DNA from: Kiritimatiellia bacterium
GTDB taxonomy: Bacteria > Verrucomicrobiota > Kiritimatiellia > JAAZAB01
Direction of reading: 5' to 3'
Assembly: GCA_040767085.1 (NCBI GenBank)
Contig: JAXGPF010000013.1
Location: forward strand, 64,001 to 128,000
DNA: 64,000 nt
The notes below the pieces were generated by a model. The model was not told where the DNA came from. It saw nothing but the letters and a program-made list of their open reading frames with translations, and searched no databases. The translations under genes and the position numbers were made by a program. Within the stretch, counting starts at the first letter, position 1. Each line of letters begins with the position of its first letter. Shown in pieces: positions 58,178-64,000 of the stretch.

Positions 58178-58797
58178 AATACGTCTCTCTACACCGGTTA
58201 AACTGGCAGAAATATCCCGCTGAGTCAATCTTATTTCCATGGATGATGCAATGGGGGATGTACGACAAATTTGGTGGTGATTCGAATAAACTTTAATTTC
58301 ACGGCGGATTTCAGTGTGATATATGATCTCGCCATAGATACAATTCTGTAAATTCCGGTAATTTCGGCCAGGTTACACCATCCTGGCCGAAATTGGGCCA
58401 CCGCGTTGCGAATTCCGCTCCCCGAGCTTGTCGAGGGGTTCGAAAAGACAAGGCAAGTTTGGGGTGGATGCGTGGGCGCAGGTGGGCGGGGCTAATCTGG
58501 TGATTGCCCCGCTCCCGGCAAGCCCGCCCGCAGGGTCCGCGCAGCGGACAGACGCCCCAAAGAACGCCTGTGCGGCTCGCACTCGCCGCCGTGCTTTTCG
58601 AACGGAATTCGCTACGCACCCCCACCGCCGCACTACCCCAACAAATTTATCTTACATCCTGCAATGGCGAGCCCGGCTGCCCACACCGCCTTGTCCAACG
58701 TTTACTTGATAAATATCCGCCGGAAATGTATCTTTGACTGACATGGCCGGGCATGGGGCGCGGCTGGCATGACTGGCAAGGGGACGGAACTGAGATT

Positions 58798-59856
58798 ATG
58801 CGGCAAATTCATTTAAAATTGATTCCCGGCGACGGCATCGGCGTGGATGTGATTAACGAGGCGCGGCGGGTATTGGAATGCCTGGCGGATAAGCACGGCG
58901 GAGTGCGATTTAAGATCGACACCATGCCCTGGGGCTGCGGGTATTACCTGGAGCACGGCCGCATGCTGCCGGACGACGGCCTGAAAATCCTGGCCGATTG
59001 CGACGCCATCCTGCTGGGCGCCGTGGGGTTCCCGGGCGTGCCGGACCATGTCTCGCTGCAACTGCTCCTCCCCATCCGCCAGCAATTCGATCAGTACGTC
59101 AATTTCCGCCCGGTGAAACTGCTGGAAGGACTGGATTCCCCCCTGAAGGTCAAATCCAACCGCGATATTGATTTTGTGGTCATCCGCGAGAATACCGAGG
59201 GCGAATATTGCGGCCGCGGCCATACCTACGACGATCCGGCCAAGGGTCCGTCAGTGGTGCAGGAGGCGCACTTCAGCCGGCACGGCACCGCCCGCATCAT
59301 CCGTTATGCTTTTGAATACGCCAGGCGCAACGGGTTGACGGATGTCGTCAGCGCCACCAAGTCCAACGCGCTTAACCATTCCATGGTGTTCTGGGACGGA
59401 ATTTTCAAGGAAATCCAGGCCGGCTACCCCGGCATCCACGGCCGTTGCGTCCATGTGGACGCGCTGGCCGGGCTCTTCATCCTGAAACCGCAAATCCTGC
59501 GGGTGGTGGTGGCCAGCAACCTGTTCGGCGACATCCTGACGGACCTGGGGTCGGCCATGCTGGGCGGCATCGGCATCTCGCCTTCCGCCAATATCAACCC
59601 CGAGAAAAAATTCCCCAGCATGTTCGAGCCGGTGCATGGCTCCGCGCCGGATATTGCCGGCAAGGGCATCGCCAATCCCGTCGGCGCCCTGTGGTCCACG
59701 GCTTTAATGCTGGAACATTTGGCGGAACCAGAACTGGCAGATCGTTTGATGGCGGCCATGGGCGGCGTCCTGGCGGAGCGCCAAATCCGCACGCCGGACT
59801 TGGGCGGCACGGCCACCACCGCGGAGGTGGTGGAGGCTGTGATCGCCCGCATTTAA
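58798..59856 (+). CDS. Tartrate dehydrogenase / D-malate dehydrogenase (isocitrate/isopropylmalate dehydrogenase family)
   Basis: IPGDGIG, GAVGFPGVPDHVSL, RENTEGEY, SATKSN, SNLFGDILTDL, FEPVHGSAPDI. Confidence 0.88.
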   Translation: MRQIHLKLIPGDGIGVDVINEARRVLECLADKHGGVRFKIDTMPWGCGYYLEHGRMLPDDGLKILADCDAILLGAVGFPGVPDHVSLQLLLPIRQQFDQYVNFRPVKLLEGLDSPLKVKSNRDIDFVVIRENTEGEYCGRGHTYDDPAKGPSVVQEAHFSRHGTARIIRYAFEYARRNGLTDVVSATKSNALNHSMVFWDGIFKEIQAGYPGIHGRCVHVDALAGLFILKPQILRVVVASNLFGDILTDLGSAMLGGIGISPSANINPEKKFPSMFEPVHGSAPDIAGKGIANPVGALWSTALMLEHLAEPELADRLMAAMGGVLAERQIRTPDLGGTATTAEVVEAVIARI

Positions 59857-59892
59857 AGGATTTTGTGGGCTTACCATGGGAGACAAGGAACG

Positions 59893-61195
59893 ATGAATCA
59901 GAACACAGAGATTGCCGTATTAGGCGCGCCGATGCATGCTTCGCCGCTGCGCCTGGCGGTGGATTGCAATGAAAGTATATGCAATTTTGTCCCCGAAGCC
60001 GCCCGCGTGCGGGCTCCAGGCCGAGATCAACACCGGCCATGACGATCCGGATTTGCTGTTTGAGAAGGCCGGCCCGCGCGCCAAAATCTTTTTCGAGCCG
60101 GCGCGCACGCGGGCGGCGATTGTAACCTGCGGCGGACTCTGCCCGGGATTGAACAATGTCATCCGGTCGGCCTTCCTGGAATTGCACCATAATTACGGCG
60201 TGCCGGATGTGCTGGGCATCCGGTACGGCTACCAGGGACTGAACCCGGACACCGCGGCCCCGCCCATTAAGTTGACCACGGATTTCGTGGATGACATCCA
60301 TACCGATGGCGGCACAGCGCTGGGCTCGTCCCGCGGGCAGCAACCGATCGGGACCATGGTAGATTTCCTGGAACGCGAAAAAATCAACATCCTGCTATGC
60401 GTAGGCGGCGACGGCACACAGCGCGGCGCCAATGCCATTGCCGTGGAAGCCCGCAAGCGCGGCCTGCCGCTGGCGGTGGTCGGCGTGCCCAAGACGATTG
60501 ATAACGACATCTGCTTTGTCCGCCAGAGTTTCGGTTACTTCACGGCGATCGAGAAAGCGCGCGAAGTGCTGGCCTGCGCGCATAATGAGGCCAAAGGCGC
60601 GCCGAACGGCATCGGCCTGGTGAAACTTATGGGGCGCGATGCCGGCTTCATTGCCGCCGGCGCCACGCTGGCCAGCCAGGAGGTCAACTTTACCATCATT
60701 CCCGAAGTGCCCTTCCGGCTGGAAGGCGAGCAGGGCTTTTTAAATGTGCTGCGCCGCCGTATCCTGACGCGCCAGCATGCCGTGATCGTGGTGGCGGAAG
60801 GCGCCGGGCAGGACCTGCTGGCGGCTGGCGCGGCAGCTTTCGACGCCTCGGGCAACAAGCTGCAAAAGGATATCGGGACATTCCTGCGCGACCGGATCCT
60901 GGAGTATTTCCGGGAGCAGAAAATTCCCATTAACATGAAATACATGGAGCCGGGGTATTTCATCCGCAGCGTGCCGGCCGATGCCGAGGACAGCCTGCTG
61001 TGCGATCAATTTGCGCGCCAGGCGGTGCATGCCGCCCTGGCCGGCAAAACCGACATGCTGGTGGGGCACTGGTCCAGCTATTTCATCCACGTGCCGATTG
61101 CCATGGCAGTGGCCCAGAAGCGCAATCTCAATCCCGCCCGGCCGATGTGGAACAGCGTGATTGCCGCCACCGGCCAGCCGCGGCAGTGGGAGTGA
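59893..61195 (+). CDS. pfkA: ATP-dependent 6-phosphofructokinase (group X type) with an apparent +1 frameshift near 60012
   Basis: AAGGA RBS + MNQNTEIAVLG..SPL..FVPE..RVR joins LQAE..FEKAGPR if one G is removed; TCGGLCPGLN, GGDGT, PKTIDND, MGRDAG. Confidence 0.85.
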
Positions 61196-61201
61196 GCATT
61201 G

Positions 61202-61271
61202 GTGCCTTAAACCACAGCACCTGCCAAAAAAAACAAGAAAATCGGAGGGCAGGTGCTGAAGTTTAAGGCAC
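61202..61271. terminator. Long hairpin downstream of pfk
   Basis: gtgccttaaac..cagcacctgcc / ggcaggtgctg..gtttaaggcac. Confidence 0.55.
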
Positions 61272-61598
61272 GGTGCAAGTGCAGGCAACAAGTACAGGCT
61301 TGTCCAGAAGCAACTGGATGCAGTCAGTCCGGCATAGCCGGACGGGGACGGATGATTCCGGATTGGCTCCGGATCAAACTACCAAGCAAAGCTTGGCAAG
61401 CTTTCACCACCTCACGGGAGGATGGCAAGCTTGCAGCTTGCACCGCCACACCGGAGGGCGGCAAGCTTTCGGCGGCGGTCCGGCGGCCGCCGGATGCAGG
61501 TTTGTCCAGTAGCAACTGGATGTAAGCTGTTCGGTATTATCACATTGCGATATGTTTGCCAAAAACAACACATACAGCACAATCTGGAGATGATCGCC

Positions 61599-62237
61599 AT
61601 GCCCGAACAGCCGCCCGCCGTGGACCCTGTTGTGCCGGTGAAACGTCCTCCATTCAACGAGGTTTCGGTGCTGTTCCCGATCCTTGCTTTGTGCACTGTG
61701 GCATACCTGGCCATGGTCGCGTCTGAATTCTTCCTGCAAGGCGCCTTGCGGACGCCGGCCCTGATGTTGCCGGTTTACATCGCCTTGCTGGGCGCCTATG
61801 CCGCGGACAAGGAAATTCGGCGCTGGGTTGGCACGCCCGAGCCGCCCCGCCAGGGCTCGCTGTTTGTCTATGCCTGGTTGCTGCTGTTTTTAGTCATGGT
61901 GATAATAAATTATTTCCGGGCTGATTTCCCATTGCCCGGCGATTTGGGCAAGGTGGTGCTGCAAGTGCTGGGCATTTTCTTTGGATCCAAGACTTCCAAA
62001 TATGTCCATGAACGGCGTCTGGATACTGTCACGGACGATCCCGAGGCTCAGTCCAGGCTGATGGAGCGGCTGCGGGCTGCGGGCAAATTGACGCGGTCGG
62101 ACGCCATGGCGCTTTTAGGCATATCCAAGAGCACTGCCAACCGGCTGTTGGCGCGCATGCAGGAGCAGGGGCTGATCCGGCTGGTGGGCGAAGGCCGCGG
62201 GGCGCATTATATTGCCATCCCGGAACTTGACCCTTGA
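61599..62237 (+). CDS. Four-TM membrane protein with a C-terminal winged HTH
   Basis: GGAG RBS; four hydrophobic segments; LTRSDAMALLGISKSTANRLL..GLIRLVGEGRGAHY. Confidence 0.75.
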   Translation: MPEQPPAVDPVVPVKRPPFNEVSVLFPILALCTVAYLAMVASEFFLQGALRTPALMLPVYIALLGAYAADKEIRRWVGTPEPPRQGSLFVYAWLLLFLVMVIINYFRADFPLPGDLGKVVLQVLGIFFGSKTSKYVHERRLDTVTDDPEAQSRLMERLRAAGKLTRSDAMALLGISKSTANRLLARMQEQGLIRLVGEGRGAHYIAIPELDP

Positions 62238-62576
62238 ATTTTGCACGAATATTGGTGTTGAATTGATTTGAAGCAATTAACGAGCGTGCAAATTAAAATT
62301 TGCACAGTTATTTGTTATCACCCATATGGTTAAATAAGCACGGTTTCCAGAAACACCAATATTCATCGGCAGCCGGCCGCGCGATTTTGGCGCAGGGCTT
62401 TGTTGCTCGGGGTCCCGCTTCGCGGGATAAATCCCGCTCCGTGGGATAAACTTTGCGGCTTGTCCCGCTTTGCGGGATATACTTATACAGCGGCACCCCT
62501 CGCGCCGCGCCCTGCGCCAAACTTACGCGGTGCAAAATTCAGGTGGCGAAATCCAAAACGCCCCGCTGGCTTGAAA

Positions 62577-62646
62577 CGTTTCTGGGGCGTTTTGGGGCGT
62601 TAATGGGGCGTTTTGAGCCGTTCCCGGGGCGTTTCTGGGGCGTTTA
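62577..62646. repeat. Tandem 10-11-bp TGGGGCGTTT-like repeats (~6 units)
   Basis: ttctggggcg ttttggggcg ttaatggggcg ttttgagccg ttcccggggcg tttctggggcg. Confidence 0.65.
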
Positions 62647-62871
62647 TTTGTCAACGCCGGTTTGCCTTCCGCCGGTTTGAACATACCCCTTTGCTTAAAC
62701 CTGTTCCAAACCGCAGTGCCGTTGGCGTCGTTCAAAGGCGCCGCCGCCAGAAAAAGGCAATGGACATCAGGCGTCTAAAGTGATAATTAATTATGGGAAT
62801 TTCGGCGCGGGTGCAGTTGAAGTAGCATCCCATAGAAAACCGCTTGATTCTCTCACAAAGCCGCAAAGAAG

Positions 62872-63378
62872 ATGCGGATAACGGCATATATCGGCTCAGT
62901 TGCAGTCGTTCCAGATAATTTTGAGGAAGCCTACGTTAGCCAACACGTTGCGTGCTGCCGACTCCTTCCTGGGGTGGCCAATCACAAGTGGCTCGGCTAC
63001 GTTCTCCTTTCCCCGATCGGGCAAACCCATGGATCTCTCTGCATGTATGGCGGGACGAAACAAGGCCTCTCGCTCGATGATGTGAAGAACTACCTGCTGC
63101 TCCTCCCGCCACACCATGAACAGAGCGCACTTGTGATGAGGATCGAGAATGAAACCGCACGCCTCGACACCGCCCTTTCCCGCGCCACCCGCCAGATCGC
63201 CCTCATGCGCGAGTACCGGACCCGTCTGATTGCCGACGTTGTCACGGGGAAGGTGGACGTGAGAGCTGTCGCCGCCACGCTGCCGGATCTGCCGCCGGAA
63301 TCGCCATTCGCTCCGCCCTCAGAGTCCACCCCGTCCGACGATCCACAAGAGGAGGCCGCCGATGACGTCGAAGCGTAA
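62872..63378 (+). pseudogene. hsdS: Type I restriction-modification specificity subunit (HsdS), 5'-truncated remnant
   Basis: IGSVAVV..VSQHV..GGTKQGL..LPP..EQ..LMREYRTRLIADVVTGKVDVR; only about half of one TRD remains. Confidence 0.8.
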
Positions 63379-63887
63379 CACGCGGCCGGAATGCCGGGCG
63401 GCGCGCGAAACGCCCGCCTTCTATGGCGGGCCGGGCGGCGAGATCGTGCTGTACCGCGCTCCGGACGGGACGGTGTCGCTTGACGTGCGGCTGGAGCGGG
63501 AGACGGTCTGGCTGGACGCAGAAGCAGATGTCTGAGTTGTTCGCCACCGAGCGCAGTGTGATCACCAAGCACTTGCGCAACATCTTCCAATCCGGAGAGT
63601 TGGATCGCGGTTCAGTATGTGCATTTTTTGCACATACTGCCGCCGACGGAAAGACCTACCAGGTGGAGTTCTACAACCTTGATGCGGCGATCTCAGTCGG
63701 CTACCGCGTCAACTCCAAGCGCGGCACCCAGTTCCGCCTCTGGGTCACGCGGGTGTTGCGCGACCACATTCTCGCCTGCCTTGCCGACCATATGGAACTC
63801 TTTAAACAGTTCCAGGACAACGAGAGTTTTTGCAAGTGGCTCAGCGATTCGATCTTTGCCGCCACATATCGGAAGTCGGCGAGTTAA
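63362..63887 (+). pseudogene. RhuM-family N-terminal fragment (frameshift at ~63514) fused to an HsdR-like C-terminal tail
   Basis: GEIVLYRAPDG..LDVRLERETVWL / TQKQMSELF..YNLDAAISVGYRVNSKRGTQFR, then ADHMELFKQFQDNESFCKWLSDSIFAATY. Confidence 0.75.
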
Positions 63888-63956
63888 CTGCGAGGAGCCG
63901 ATCCGACAGGGCGATCCCCAGAATCATCTGCAGCGCGGCGTTCGTATAACACCCGT

Positions 63957-64000
63957 TCAGTCCACCACGACGGTGGCCTGGTCATACAGGATTGTGCCGC
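63957..64000 (-). CDS. Possible 3' end of a gene entering from the right edge
   Basis: Reads GTILYDQATVVVD*, similar to the GPIVYDTLALTVLE* end of 43558-45660. Confidence 0.35.
   Translation of the reverse strand, partial: GTILYDQATVVVD

Noticed and set aside
58311-58737. Several 77-104-aa ORFs between tRNA-Gly and the dehydrogenase
   Set aside because: No motifs or RBS, and mutually overlapping; probably non-coding or decayed DNA

Overview
A 64-kb, GC-rich, gene-dense bacterial window. The repertoire of secreted FG-GAP and choice-of-anchor proteins suggests a PVC-group organism such as Kiritimatiellae/Lentisphaerae, which is inference only. Housekeeping and metabolic genes include rimO, galK, a phosphohexomutase, rpmI-rplT, an acyl-CoA dehydrogenase, a SWIM-SNF2 helicase, oppBCDF, zupT, a HydE-like radical SAM, rrf2-metY-cysK, a FadD-like ligase, a tartrate dehydrogenase-like enzyme and pfk. 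Two tRNAs are present: Val-CAC and Gly-CCC. Two stretches stand out. (1) About 23-43.5 kb looks like an unusual synthase-dependent exopolysaccharide locus: MBOAT + SGNH acetylation genes, a TPR-deacetylase-beta-barrel fusion, a hyaluronan/chitin-synthase-like GT2, two paralogous TPR/lectin/GH18-like proteins, a GHL10 hydrolase and a divergent REC-KaiC-ExeA trio. An ISL3 has inserted exactly in the MBOAT's C-terminal FIYFQF tyrosine motif. (2) About 56.3-58.5 kb holds a solo attC-type gene cassette and a tRNA-Gly array. In that array, partial tRNA copies are precisely interrupted by nine 22-23-nt hairpin micro-elements and surround a small GIY-YIG nuclease gene. Also present: an IS1202-like element with a 16-bp target duplication, a MITE in the metY RBS, a decayed type I R-M/RhuM locus, and three single-base frameshifts that may be sequencing errors. 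All calls come from reading motifs by eye; no searches were run.
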